DNA of 64,000 bases from a virus (lineage: Duplodnaviria > Caudoviricetes), in the IMG/VR virus record IMGVR_UViG_3300028048_000054; one strand, written 5' to 3'. The translations under genes were made by a program, and so were the position numbers. The notes beneath the pieces were generated by a model. The model searched no databases. It had not been told where the DNA came from and saw only the letters and a program-made list of their open reading frames with translations. This document shows positions 25,093 through 34,229 of this stretch, in pieces; position 1 is the first letter of the stretch, and each line of letters begins with the position of its first letter.

Positions 25093-25180
25093 GTCCGAGA
25101 ATATTGATGACGATTGTTTGTTATTGGTTTTAATGTTTAACATACATTTCCACGATGTAATCGTCAAGGCCGCTTCGTAC
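25093..25180 (-). ncRNA. short Y-like RNA immediately 5' of the Ro60 gene
   Basis: GAAGCGG-stem-TTACATCG...stem-AATATTCTC handle with A-rich insert. Confidence 0.78.
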
Positions 25181-25203
25181 AAAAATCGTTGGCCTTTTAA
25201 ATT

Positions 25204-25275
25204 TGCCGACTGATGGAATTGAACCACCTACGCTTGCCTCTTCAGGGCAACGCTCTACCGATGAGCTAAGTCGGC
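25204..25275 (-). tRNA. tRNA-Phe(GAA)
   Basis: TTGCC-CTGAAGA-GGCAA. Confidence 0.92.
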
Positions 25276-25284
25276 TTCAAAATG

Positions 25285-25379
25285 TACCACCCCTACGCCG
25301 ATGCTCGCGGCTTTATGAGTCCATCCTCACATTATCGGGACCTTAACCCGATGCTCTCATCTCGAGCACAAGGAGTGGT
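25285..25379 (-). ncRNA. non-canonical tRNA-like RNA (9 bp acceptor, 4 bp T stem, AAG anticodon)
   Basis: ACCACTCCT/AGGGGTGGT; GCTC/GAGC; ATCGGG-TTAAGGT-CCCGAT; long V arm; GCCG-CGAGCAT-CGGC. Confidence 0.6.
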
Positions 25380-25387
25380 TTAAAAAG

Positions 25388-25460
25388 TAGCAGGGACAGG
25401 AATCGAACACTGTTTTTTCTTGGTTATGGGCCAAGCAAGATACCTTACCTTCCCCCTGCG
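25388..25460 (-). tRNA. tRNA-Met(CAT), initiator-like, C33
   Basis: C1 x U72 mismatch, CTTGG-CCCATAA-CCAAG. Confidence 0.8.
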
Positions 25461-25668
25461 GTCAAATTGTCAAATATCAAAATAACTGCCCATTTTAGGG
25501 GGCTATATAATGTTTGAGTGTATACCATTTTAACTTTTGGTGGGGACTTGTTTCTTATGTTACCATCCCCACCTAACCCTAAAATGTACCAGAAATCAAA
25601 CCCTGTTCAATAATAGTATGTTTTAGTTTGTATGGTACAAATGTTGATTGGTCACTCTCAACAAAAAC

Positions 25669-25766
25669 ATTATATCAAATTTCTTCATTTTTGTCAAGTC
25701 CCCTGGGTTCTAAACCAGTTTCCCTTGACTTACTACTATTATACCATTTTTACTTATTTTTGTCAA
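25669..25766 (-). promoter_or_regulatory. tandem consensus promoters heading the RNA operon
   Basis: TTGACA-17-TATAAT at 25669-25697 and 25738-25766; boxA-like 17-mer at 25462-25478. Confidence 0.88.
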
Positions 25767-26115
25767 GCCAGTCCCAGTCAAACTGATATGGGTGTGTTAA
25801 GTCAAAGTGTTCAATTATACTCTTTACATCTCTGTGGCGTGTTTCATAGCATTCTTTTAATAAATCAGATAATTTTTCTAAACTAGATTCTAAATCCCTA
25901 ATATGGTATTCCGCATTATCTAATTCCTCCTCATAACTATCACGCTCTTCTCTTAATTCTTCTGTAGCCCTCTCTACCTCTTTTTCTACCTCATCTACAC
26001 GATTTACCATTTCGGCAATCTTAACCAGGGTCCAATAATCTAATTTTTCGAACTCATCAACTTTTTTTAAACTATTTACGTCCCACATATTAAATCTCCT
26101 CAAACCCAGCACCAA
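25750..26115 (-). CDS. coiled-coil hypothetical protein
   Basis: acidic heptad-rich ORF, AGGAG SD before MWDV. Confidence 0.7.
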   Translation of the reverse strand: MVLGLRRFNMWDVNSLKKVDEFEKLDYWTLVKIAEMVNRVDEVEKEVERATEELREERDSYEEELDNAEYHIRDLESSLEKLSDLLKECYETRHRDVKSIIEHFDLTHPYQFDWDWLDKNK

Positions 26116-26299
26116 GCATTTCTAATCGCAGTGCTTGATTACAGTGTGCTATATCGACACGAAAGAAACTTGTTGCCTCATCAAAATAAACACAAATGCC
26201 TTTTGGGTGTTCGTCCATTAGTTTTTTAATGAAGTCATAGTTTTCCGCATACAACGAGTCTTCTTTAATAAATGTTGCTGGTTTTCTGAATTTCGCCAT
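26090..26299 (-). CDS. hypothetical protein
   Basis: ORF, GAGG SD. Confidence 0.65.
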   Translation of the reverse strand: MAKFRKPATFIKEDSLYAENYDFIKKLMDEHPKGICVYFDEATSFFRVDIAHCNQALRLEMLGAGFEEI

Positions 26300-26307
26300 A
26301 TTAACCT

Positions 26308-26511
26308 CTACTTATTTACAATTAATCCTAGAATTACTGATGCTAAACCTACTAGTACGGTGGCGAATAACAAAATAAAAAGTGCTAGTCCAATACTAAT
26401 AAAAATAGGGCTAACTACCCACCACCAAGACCAATTTATAACACCACAGAGTTTTAACGTAATAAATACTACCGTCAGTAATGTCGCAAAACTGCCCAAT
26501 TTAATTTCCAT
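26308..26511 (-). CDS. small phage membrane protein (LKLCGVINWSWWWV.SP family)
   Basis: widely recurring phage TM motif. Confidence 0.8.
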   Translation of the reverse strand: MEIKLGSFATLLTVVFITLKLCGVINWSWWWVVSPIFISIGLALFILLFATVLVGLASVILGLIVNK

Positions 26512-26929
26512 ATTCTGTCTCCTTTTCGTCTACCCATTTACAATACAGGTCCCAATCTTTGTTTGTAGGAAGCAACTTACCATAATGTGCTATATCTCTA
26601 ATAAAACATTTATGATATTCCATCTTTGTTACTACTTCCATATAATGTTCTGGGTCATTGTCGTTCCACTTAATATTTATTATAGTCTTTTTAGTTTTTG
26701 GGTTGTATTCTGCTACTAACCCAAAATCTGGAATAACAACTCTAATTCCTTTCTTCGCACTATATTCCTCTACACGTGCTGCTTGACTTATACCTTTAGC
26801 CCAACGAAGAAATTCATTATACTTATATGCCCAATACGGTTCCTCATTACAATTTAACCAGTGCATCCAGGCTGTTACCTTAACTTCATCTGGGTAATTA
26901 AATTTATCGTACTTACTTTCCAAGTCCAT
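26501..26929 (-). CDS. hypothetical protein
   Basis: ORF in packed operon. Confidence 0.7.
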   Translation of the reverse strand: MDLESKYDKFNYPDEVKVTAWMHWLNCNEEPYWAYKYNEFLRWAKGISQAARVEEYSAKKGIRVVIPDFGLVAEYNPKTKKTIINIKWNDNDPEHYMEVVTKMEYHKCFIRDIAHYGKLLPTNKDWDLYCKWVDEKETEYGN

Positions 26930-27140
26930 TTTTTATCCTTTTATTGTACTCATTAACCAGTGCTTCATATGTTAGCACCCATTTTTCTGGTGGTTCAGCA
27001 TAACACTCGTCATTTCTATTCATAGCCATATTCATAGCCCGTACCATTTGTCGGTCCATCATTCTGATACAGTTATAAATATGAGTTGTTTCCATATCTT
27101 CTATAACTAATTTTCTTCCATCTCTTGTAGTCCAATACAT
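26913..27140 (-). CDS. hypothetical protein (paralogue of 8878-9273)
   Basis: WTTRDGRK..IEDMETTHI motif. Confidence 0.7.
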   Translation of the reverse strand: MYWTTRDGRKLVIEDMETTHIYNCIRMMDRQMVRAMNMAMNRNDECYAEPPEKWVLTYEALVNEYNKRIKNGLGK

Positions 27141-27143
27141 AAC

Positions 27144-27686
27144 TCACCACGGAAAATCATTAAAATATTTTCTATAAAATCTTAATATTGCTTGATTCGG
27201 CTTTACTCCTGGATTTAATCGTCCTTGAATATATCGGCACAACCCAGTAGAATTTATATCATCAACCTTATCAGAACACCAATCTTTTCTAGCATCAATT
27301 ATTGCTCGTAAATACAACTCATATGGGTCTTGTTGAAAAATATTTGAACTAATATTCCACAACACACCTAATGCTATTGCAGAACTACGAGAAATCCCAG
27401 CATCACAATGAATTAAAAGATTAAATGGTGTATGTTCTCGTAAACACTTTTCCCACCGTCTTTCAGCCCATTGGATTGCTAAAATACACTCCCCATCGCC
27501 TGGTGGATAGTATTTACGAAACTGATTTACTAATACCTTATCTACATCCCACATTTTTAATATAAGGTGGTTGTCGTGTATATGCTTAGTTAATTCCTTT
27601 TCATCTGGGCACACAATAGAAATAATATGTGTGTACTCGTCTTTACAATGATTATAAAATTGTCTGTCAGATTGTGTTACTATCAT
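27144..27686 (-). CDS. Cys-dependent (PTP/dual-specificity) phosphatase
   Basis: HCDAGISRS P-loop, MWD acid loop, PN motif. Confidence 0.88.
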   Translation of the reverse strand: MIVTQSDRQFYNHCKDEYTHIISIVCPDEKELTKHIHDNHLILKMWDVDKVLVNQFRKYYPPGDGECILAIQWAERRWEKCLREHTPFNLLIHCDAGISRSSAIALGVLWNISSNIFQQDPYELYLRAIIDARKDWCSDKVDDINSTGLCRYIQGRLNPGVKPNQAILRFYRKYFNDFPW

Positions 27687-27770
27687 AAATCCATCAACTC
27701 CTTAATAGCAAACAGTGTACACATAAAAGCAATTCCTAAAAAGAATCCTGCACATAGACCTGCACTTAAA

Positions 27771-28181
27771 TCAGTCCACATTAATTCCTAAACCCCATTT
27801 CTCTGCAAACGCTTTTTGTTTAGGCAAAAAGTAGTCATATATTTTAATTAATTCTTTTTCTTTGATTATATATTCTACTTCTTTTGGCATATAGATATTT
27901 AACTCTTTTCGTTCTATCATTCCACATATTCCGTCATAGAAATCGTCTTTGAGTTTTTGTAAATCTGAAACAAACTCATCTTGACGTTCTCCATATGTCT
28001 TTGATACTTTATAGGCTTCTTCAAAATAAATACGGAAGAAGTGTTCAAGATGTGATTCAGTGTGTTTATAATCGTCCCACCAAATTTCAAATTCCGTAAA
28101 TCTGTACTTTCTGTCTTTCGTTTCTAAATTATAAAATGCCATATTATTTACCTCTAATACCAATTTTATTATATAACTCAT
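27771..28181 (-). CDS. hypothetical protein
   Basis: ORF, GAGG SD before MAFY. Confidence 0.7.
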   Translation of the reverse strand: MSYIIKLVLEVNNMAFYNLETKDRKYRFTEFEIWWDDYKHTESHLEHFFRIYFEEAYKVSKTYGERQDEFVSDLQKLKDDFYDGICGMIERKELNIYMPKEVEYIIKEKELIKIYDYFLPKQKAFAEKWGLGINVD

Positions 28182-28791
28182 TATCCCGTTGTTTGCGGAA
28201 TTTATTTAGTTTATCTTCTTCTGCTTTTATATCTCTAACAAATGTTCTAAAGTTTTTACCATATATTTTATCATACATTATATCCACAAACTTTTCAATA
28301 GTTTTCCAGTCTGTAACTTCTACTTCGTCTTCATCTTTATATGTATGTGGGCTTAATTTAACATAAATAAATGGGTTTTCTTGTTTATAAAAGTATTGTG
28401 CACAACTATGAAGCATACTGACTTCTGTATCACTTTCCCACCTACAAGGACCCTCAACAAATATTCTTACAGATACATCTTGTAATTGTAAGAAAAAATG
28501 AAATTTATGGCTCGAAAATGAACTACCTACATCCGTATGAAAATTAGATAATTCTGGTTTTTCATAGGAATATTTCATTTGTTTTAATGCAAACTTTACA
28601 ACTTTATTTTCATCTTCTTCTGATAGACTCACTGATTCCTCTTCCTCTTTATCTTCTATTTGTTCATCAGAAGATTGTTGGTCATACACTAAATCGTGTT
28701 TACCACAATAATCATACATCCATATGCCTATAACCATACCCAAGGCAAATATTACTACTAATCCTGCGATTGTAATTGCTATATTCATCAT
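28144..28791 (-). CDS. membrane-anchored hypothetical protein
   Basis: N-terminal TM helix, AGGAG SD, own promoter. Confidence 0.75.
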   Translation of the reverse strand: MMNIAITIAGLVVIFALGMVIGIWMYDYCGKHDLVYDQQSSDEQIEDKEEEESVSLSEEDENKVVKFALKQMKYSYEKPELSNFHTDVGSSFSSHKFHFFLQLQDVSVRIFVEGPCRWESDTEVSMLHSCAQYFYKQENPFIYVKLSPHTYKDEDEVEVTDWKTIEKFVDIMYDKIYGKNFRTFVRDIKAEEDKLNKFRKQRDNELYNKIGIRGK

Positions 28792-28940
28792 ATTCTCCTA
28801 TTATACTAAAAATATTTTTGTTTGTCAATCCTGATAATATCACGCACACATTCACAAATACACCAGAATGCTAACACCATAAAAAATATTACAACTAATA
28901 TTTTGATTGCTTCCATACTGCCTCCTAACTGTAATATAAC

Positions 28941-28970
28941 AAAAAAACGGCCACTTTGTCAAGTAGCCGT
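28941..28970 (-). terminator. intrinsic terminator containing a -35 box
   Basis: ACGGCTACTT-GAC-AAAGTGGCCGT + T7; TTGACA-17-TATATT. Confidence 0.7.
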
Positions 28971-29004
28971 CAAATAACCTAATAAAATCACGTCAAATAA
29001 CAGA

Positions 29005-29772
29005 TTATTTAATCCAATCTAATCCAAAGTGTTCACTCCATAATTCGGCTTCCAGGTATGTTCCTTTGATAACATCTTCTGGTATTGGTTCAAATCTATT
29101 ATCAATCTGTATTTTTCTGATATTACTAAAAAAATCATCTAAAATTGCTTTTATTCCACCAGTATCATATAATTCTAATTGTACTTTAGAATTATGGAAT
29201 ATATTCCTATATACAGGATTATTATGTAATTGATGAAATAATCCTGGGGCATTTGATACCATTTCATTAAAAAAAGGGAAAAGACTAATCTTCCCTTCTT
29301 CATATGCTAATAAACTTTCTTTGTGTAATACTTTTAATGTTTGAACTGTTATTATATGATGCACTCCATTATACGACTTGTTTTTATTAATGCCTTCCCA
29401 CTCTTTTCCTTTTATTGCATTAGTGCATACCTTTAAATAATTATATCCACCATAAATCTGTTCTGGTCTGCATTTTAATTGATTTATGTCTTGTACCATA
29501 TAGGACACTCTAATATTTGGATATGCTTTCATAGCAGTCTGATGCAACTCTAACTGTTGTCTTCTCATACTTTGTAATGTTGCAACTCTAACTGCTCTTT
29601 CAATATTTCTTGTTTCCACTACTGTTACTCTCTGTATTGTAGCGGGCATTGTGTGTACGGAAAAAGGCTTTCTTGCAACTGGTCTAATTAGTCTAAACAA
29701 ATTTTGTGAAAACAAATTAGACGATAAACAAAATACTACTACTGTAATTATTAATTTTACGATTTGTTTCAT
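29005..29772 (-). CDS. signal-peptide protein with possible HNH/AHH-like His motifs
   Basis: N-terminal signal peptide; GVHHII...FHQLHN...FHN. Confidence 0.55.
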   Translation of the reverse strand: MKQIVKLIITVVVFCLSSNLFSQNLFRLIRPVARKPFSVHTMPATIQRVTVVETRNIERAVRVATLQSMRRQQLELHQTAMKAYPNIRVSYMVQDINQLKCRPEQIYGGYNYLKVCTNAIKGKEWEGINKNKSYNGVHHIITVQTLKVLHKESLLAYEEGKISLFPFFNEMVSNAPGLFHQLHNNPVYRNIFHNSKVQLELYDTGGIKAILDDFFSNIRKIQIDNRFEPIPEDVIKGTYLEAELWSEHFGLDWIK

Positions 29773-29843
29773 ATTATAATAAAAAATAGTCCCATATATT
29801 TTTATATGAGACTAAATCTGTTAAATAAGTTTTTTCATAAGAA

Positions 29844-30290
29844 TTATTGTGCTAACCACCCACACGCATACCACATAAAACTATTTGTTCCGTTCGTGTT
29901 ATTTTTTATAACAGCAGATGAAGTATTTAATGTAATCACTCTCCAACCATTAACATATTGGTCAATTCCTTGATTACCATAAGCCAAACCGACTAGTGTA
30001 TAATTAATGTCCAAAAATTCTTTTAAAAAACTTACTGTTGTTGAACTACCGTCAGAACTTTCAAATCTTCCGCCTTGTTCACACCATCCGTCTGACCATA
30101 CACGATACCAAGAAGTTCCGTTGGAATAGGTTTCCACAACATACTTAACACCAGCATTATTTAATAAACTTTTTACAGTTTCACTACTTTGAGTCGCATT
30201 TATTAAATCAGTATCTGCTTTTAAATTTAAATCTGTTGCAATTTGATTAATATCTACGTCTATATTTGCTGCACTACTTGATTGAGGCAT
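29844..30290 (-). CDS. tail fibre-associated protein (WYRVWSDGWCEQGG, gp53-like)
   Basis: motif typical of tail fibre C-termini. Confidence 0.75.
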   Translation of the reverse strand: MPQSSSAANIDVDINQIATDLNLKADTDLINATQSSETVKSLLNNAGVKYVVETYSNGTSWYRVWSDGWCEQGGRFESSDGSSTTVSFLKEFLDINYTLVGLAYGNQGIDQYVNGWRVITLNTSSAVIKNNTNGTNSFMWYACGWLAQ

Positions 30291-30300
30291 AAATTACTCC

Positions 30301-31980
30301 TTAATAAGCACCTTTAAATGGGTAGAAAAACATTTGGTCATATTGGTTATTATCAATACCAGAGTGCGTAACAACATCGTTTCTATCAAGAATTATATGT
30401 AGACTCATAACATAAGTATCCCCACCCCATACCATATGACCATTTACATACACTCTACCAGATACACTTCCTGCTGGGTCTATCATACCACAAATAATTC
30501 CAGCAGATGGTGCTTTAAAATTTTGTAATGTATCATAGTTTAATATGATTCCACGATTATAATCTGGTATTCCCCAACTAATTGATTTTTGAATAAAATT
30601 TTGATTGGGTAATACAACATTACTAAAATCCTTATCTGCTTTTAAAGAATTATCAATAATATTTTTTTCAGTGCTTACATCAATTTCTTTTCTCGATGAG
30701 TTTGCAATTACAATATATAGCAAAACCTTAATTGATTGTGGCTGTACTGTATTAGAGTTACCATAGATTGAGGATGAACGAGAAGCATCAAACTTCCAAT
30801 AAGCATAAGTTGCAAAGTTACCTGCTGTAGTACCTCTATCTGGTGTTGATGCACCATTACTAGAAAGGTCAAATGCACCAAATTGACCCCTTAATAAATT
30901 TGGAGCATATACAGTTTCTGAATTAATAGTCCCACCAGTAATATTGGGCAACCCAGCTTCTACTAAATCGCCTAGTGTATTTATACTGTGTGTACCTTCT
31001 ACAAATCCACTAATCTTAGGTAGTCTGACTGTATTTAATCCTGTATTATAAACAAACTTACCACAAGAACCATAAGTAGTTAATGTGTGCTGCCAAGAAT
31101 CCTCTGCTGTACCTTGTGATTTTTGGGTGGCGGTGAATACCAAATGACTCATAGTCCAATATCCACCAGTACCACAAGCTGTACTTTCCCATCTATAATA
31201 TTTATAATAACCTGTGTTAGAACTTAAATTAATATCCCAAGATGATGAGTGTGCTTGTTGTGTATTTGTATATGTGGAAATAGGGGTCCAATTTGTATAA
31301 TCATTAGAACCATAGATGGTGCCAGCCGTACTTTGTCTATTTGAACCACCAGTATCGATTTGGGTATATACTTTAATATTTGTAATATTCAAAGGAATTG
31401 GGTTATACCAATAAATATTTCCTGTTACATTTCCTTGGGAACTATGAAAACCATTATTTTGGGAAATATTATTAAATAAGTTCCAATACATATCTGTTCC
31501 AGTGTTCTGTGGAACATCTGAATAACAAGCAAATGTTGAACCACCCATAGTTCCTTTTGATGTGATGTAAGGTTGTGTCCACTCACTAATTATATCACCT
31601 GGTTGAGCAAAATAACTCGCAGTTGGGTCTTCTTCATATAATTCAGCAATATAATCTACAAACTCACCATAAATACCATTACCATCAATGAGTGAGCCAT
31701 CTAATAAGTGAAGACCAGCATCTGTAAGTGGTAATACAGATGGAACAATCTCACCAATATTTCTAGCATTAATTGTGGGAGCACTTATAACATTATTATT
31801 AATTACAATGTTATCTCCCGCTGTTAACTTGTCTTGTTTATCATTCCCTGCTTTCTTTAATAAATCTGATACATATACGGAATTTGATTCGGTTCCACCA
31901 TTATCAACAACAAGTAGACTGTCATCTCTAACTGAGGTGACTCTAGCCAATTCTGAAATTTGCTTTCCATCTAATGACAT
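30301..31980 (-). CDS. tail fibre/collar protein with discoidin-like insert
   Basis: KQDKLTAG, AGLPNITG, FDASRSSSIYGNSNTVQP motifs. Confidence 0.82.
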   Translation of the reverse strand: MSLDGKQISELARVTSVRDDSLLVVDNGGTESNSVYVSDLLKKAGNDKQDKLTAGDNIVINNNVISAPTINARNIGEIVPSVLPLTDAGLHLLDGSLIDGNGIYGEFVDYIAELYEEDPTASYFAQPGDIISEWTQPYITSKGTMGGSTFACYSDVPQNTGTDMYWNLFNNISQNNGFHSSQGNVTGNIYWYNPIPLNITNIKVYTQIDTGGSNRQSTAGTIYGSNDYTNWTPISTYTNTQQAHSSSWDINLSSNTGYYKYYRWESTACGTGGYWTMSHLVFTATQKSQGTAEDSWQHTLTTYGSCGKFVYNTGLNTVRLPKISGFVEGTHSINTLGDLVEAGLPNITGGTINSETVYAPNLLRGQFGAFDLSSNGASTPDRGTTAGNFATYAYWKFDASRSSSIYGNSNTVQPQSIKVLLYIVIANSSRKEIDVSTEKNIIDNSLKADKDFSNVVLPNQNFIQKSISWGIPDYNRGIILNYDTLQNFKAPSAGIICGMIDPAGSVSGRVYVNGHMVWGGDTYVMSLHIILDRNDVVTHSGIDNNQYDQMFFYPFKGAY

Positions 31981-32310
31981 AACTTAATATTCTCCTCGGC
32001 CCGACTCTGGTAGGGGATACGCCCCACTTCAAACCAGAACCGATTCCGCATTATCATAACAACCCTTTACTTTTAAGGACAAGTTCGTTGTATTTTACCA
32101 CGCCATTAACAAACTTATCCATAAGTGTTGTTGTCTTTTTTACCATCTTTTTCATTATTTACTTCACTCCCTAATTAAGTTAAAACTTATGAGGATTAGA
32201 TGGAACCTCTATACAATAGGTAAGTGCCGACCTAATAATTTTGGTGAGTAGGGAATTACACCATACTCAATATAAATTACCATACAGAAACATTTACATT
32301 AACATCGTTG

Positions 32311-32874
32311 TTATTCTTGTGTTATAAAAAAGTTACCATATTGTTGTAATTCTACTTCTTCTGGTTTGTCATCATATTTTATACGAACTTCATACCAATA
32401 ATCCGCAATGTTTTTTAAATAGTCAGCAGTTATTAAATAATCTACAACATTTGATTTAAAACCATCAGATGGGTATGGGTCAACTTCTGGAGCAACCCAT
32501 CTTTTTGTTTCATTAAATATTGCTATGGAATCATCAGCATTTTGATAAGGTAAAATAATAAACTGAACGTGCAGTCCTTCTAGATTGAGAGGTTCACCAT
32601 CATCATCAATTAATTCCACACTTATAAGAGATGGTGTATTTTGAACAACGGTGATGTCTTTGTGGTCTACCCCATCCCAACTTACAGTTACTTGAGTTGC
32701 GCCCTCCACATAACTTTGAAGAGCCAAAACTAAAAATGTATTATTTGGAGATAACTTGGCCCGTTTTTCAGCCTCATCTAATGCTTCTTGATAAGAGTAG
32801 AACCTCTCATTCATCATATGGGCCACACCATTAACTGCAATAATCCAAAACTTTCTCATATACCACCTTAACAA
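32311..32874 (-). CDS. BppU-like baseplate/tail protein
   Basis: D.DGEPLNLEG...YWYEVRI pattern. Confidence 0.5.
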   Translation of the reverse strand: MLRWYMRKFWIIAVNGVAHMMNERFYSYQEALDEAEKRAKLSPNNTFLVLALQSYVEGATQVTVSWDGVDHKDITVVQNTPSLISVELIDDDGEPLNLEGLHVQFIILPYQNADDSIAIFNETKRWVAPEVDPYPSDGFKSNVVDYLITADYLKNIADYWYEVRIKYDDKPEEVELQQYGNFFITQE

Positions 32875-33113
32875 TTATCTTCTGTTATAATTGACTTATC
32901 TTCTTCACTTTCACAACCAATATTTTCGGCATTTAAATAAGTGACCAAATCATTTAATTCACCTTCAGTGAGGGGCTCTGACAAATTAAATTTCCTTCCA
33001 CACCCACCATAATAACAAATCTTGATATAATCATCACCAATCTCTACGCTTTTTACAACGTCCTTGGTCATAATTAAATTTTTGATTTGTAAATAGTGGT
33101 TTGAGTATGTCAT
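32868..33113 (-). CDS. hypothetical protein
   Basis: ORF; weakly similar to N-terminus of 36546-37070. Confidence 0.6.
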   Translation of the reverse strand: MTYSNHYLQIKNLIMTKDVVKSVEIGDDYIKICYYGGCGRKFNLSEPLTEGELNDLVTYLNAENIGCESEEDKSIITEDNC

Positions 33114-33168
33114 AATTTATTTTGTAATTGATTTGAATTGATTTTTGTTTCAGTTATATTTATTAAAA

Positions 33169-34221
33169 TTATTCAGTCGCAGGTAAATCGAACAATACAG
33201 TTGTATTAGTTCCACCAAAACCTTCGGTTACATCTGCCCACGAACCTATTACACTTTGTAAGTTTGACGGGAAATGTACTGTACAACCTGTTACACCTGG
33301 TAACATACGACTAAACTGATTTGTATAAGTACCAAAAGATGTAGATTTAAGAGCTGGAAATGAAACACTAGTTAATGATGGGCAATTATAAAAACAATAA
33401 TAAAAACACTCTCTTGCATCTATTGTATCTAATGAAGGAAATGTCATACTAGTTAAAGCAGTATTTGAAAAAGCACTATTTAATCCACGATATGCTACTT
33501 TCTTTAATGCTGGTAAAGACACGCTAGTTAAATTAACATTATCAGCAAGAACAACCTGAAACCCTTGACTATAGATATTAACTAAAGAAGGAAATCTAGC
33601 TTCTGTTATGTTACAAAATCTAAAAGCATAAGACATGCCTTGAGAAGAAACATTTTGTAAAGAATCAAAATTAATACTGGTTAGAGTTGAACAATTGTTA
33701 CAGACAGAATTTAATCCATTATCTTCTATATCAGTGACACGACCAAGATTTAAAGACGTTATTGATGTAAGTGCTAACATATCTTTCATCCCGCTATAGG
33801 CACTGACTGTTGTTAGTTTAGGAAAAGAGACGGAAGTTAAATTAGAACAACCGAGAAATGCTGCCTCTAAACATTCTCTTTTATTAACATCTTCTAAATC
33901 TGGAAAAGATACTGTGCGAATATCTGGATGACGAGCAAATTCGTACATCATACAATATTCATCAGCAAAACTTTTTAGTCCAGTAAAAATAATGTCGGCT
34001 TGAGTTGCTGGTTCATGATAGGCACCATTCTCATCAATATTGCCAAGTATATCATCTATAGTTATATTGTACTTTTTTCCGCCGCTAGGAATTGAATTAA
34101 TAGCAGTAGGCAAATTACTTAAATCTTGAGTTTGAGGTAAAGTGCCACCTTTACTACTTAATGCTGTATAAGCATCAGCCACCTTTTGTTGAGCATTTTG
34201 AATTGCAGTCGCTATACTCAT
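33169..34221 (-). CDS. BspA-like leucine-rich repeat protein (putative adhesin)
   Basis: repeated AF..C..LTSVSFP.L units. Confidence 0.85.
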   Translation of the reverse strand: MSIATAIQNAQQKVADAYTALSSKGGTLPQTQDLSNLPTAINSIPSGGKKYNITIDDILGNIDENGAYHEPATQADIIFTGLKSFADEYCMMYEFARHPDIRTVSFPDLEDVNKRECLEAAFLGCSNLTSVSFPKLTTVSAYSGMKDMLALTSITSLNLGRVTDIEDNGLNSVCNNCSTLTSINFDSLQNVSSQGMSYAFRFCNITEARFPSLVNIYSQGFQVVLADNVNLTSVSLPALKKVAYRGLNSAFSNTALTSMTFPSLDTIDARECFYYCFYNCPSLTSVSFPALKSTSFGTYTNQFSRMLPGVTGCTVHFPSNLQSVIGSWADVTEGFGGTNTTVLFDLPATE

Positions 34222-34229
34222 AAATTCTC

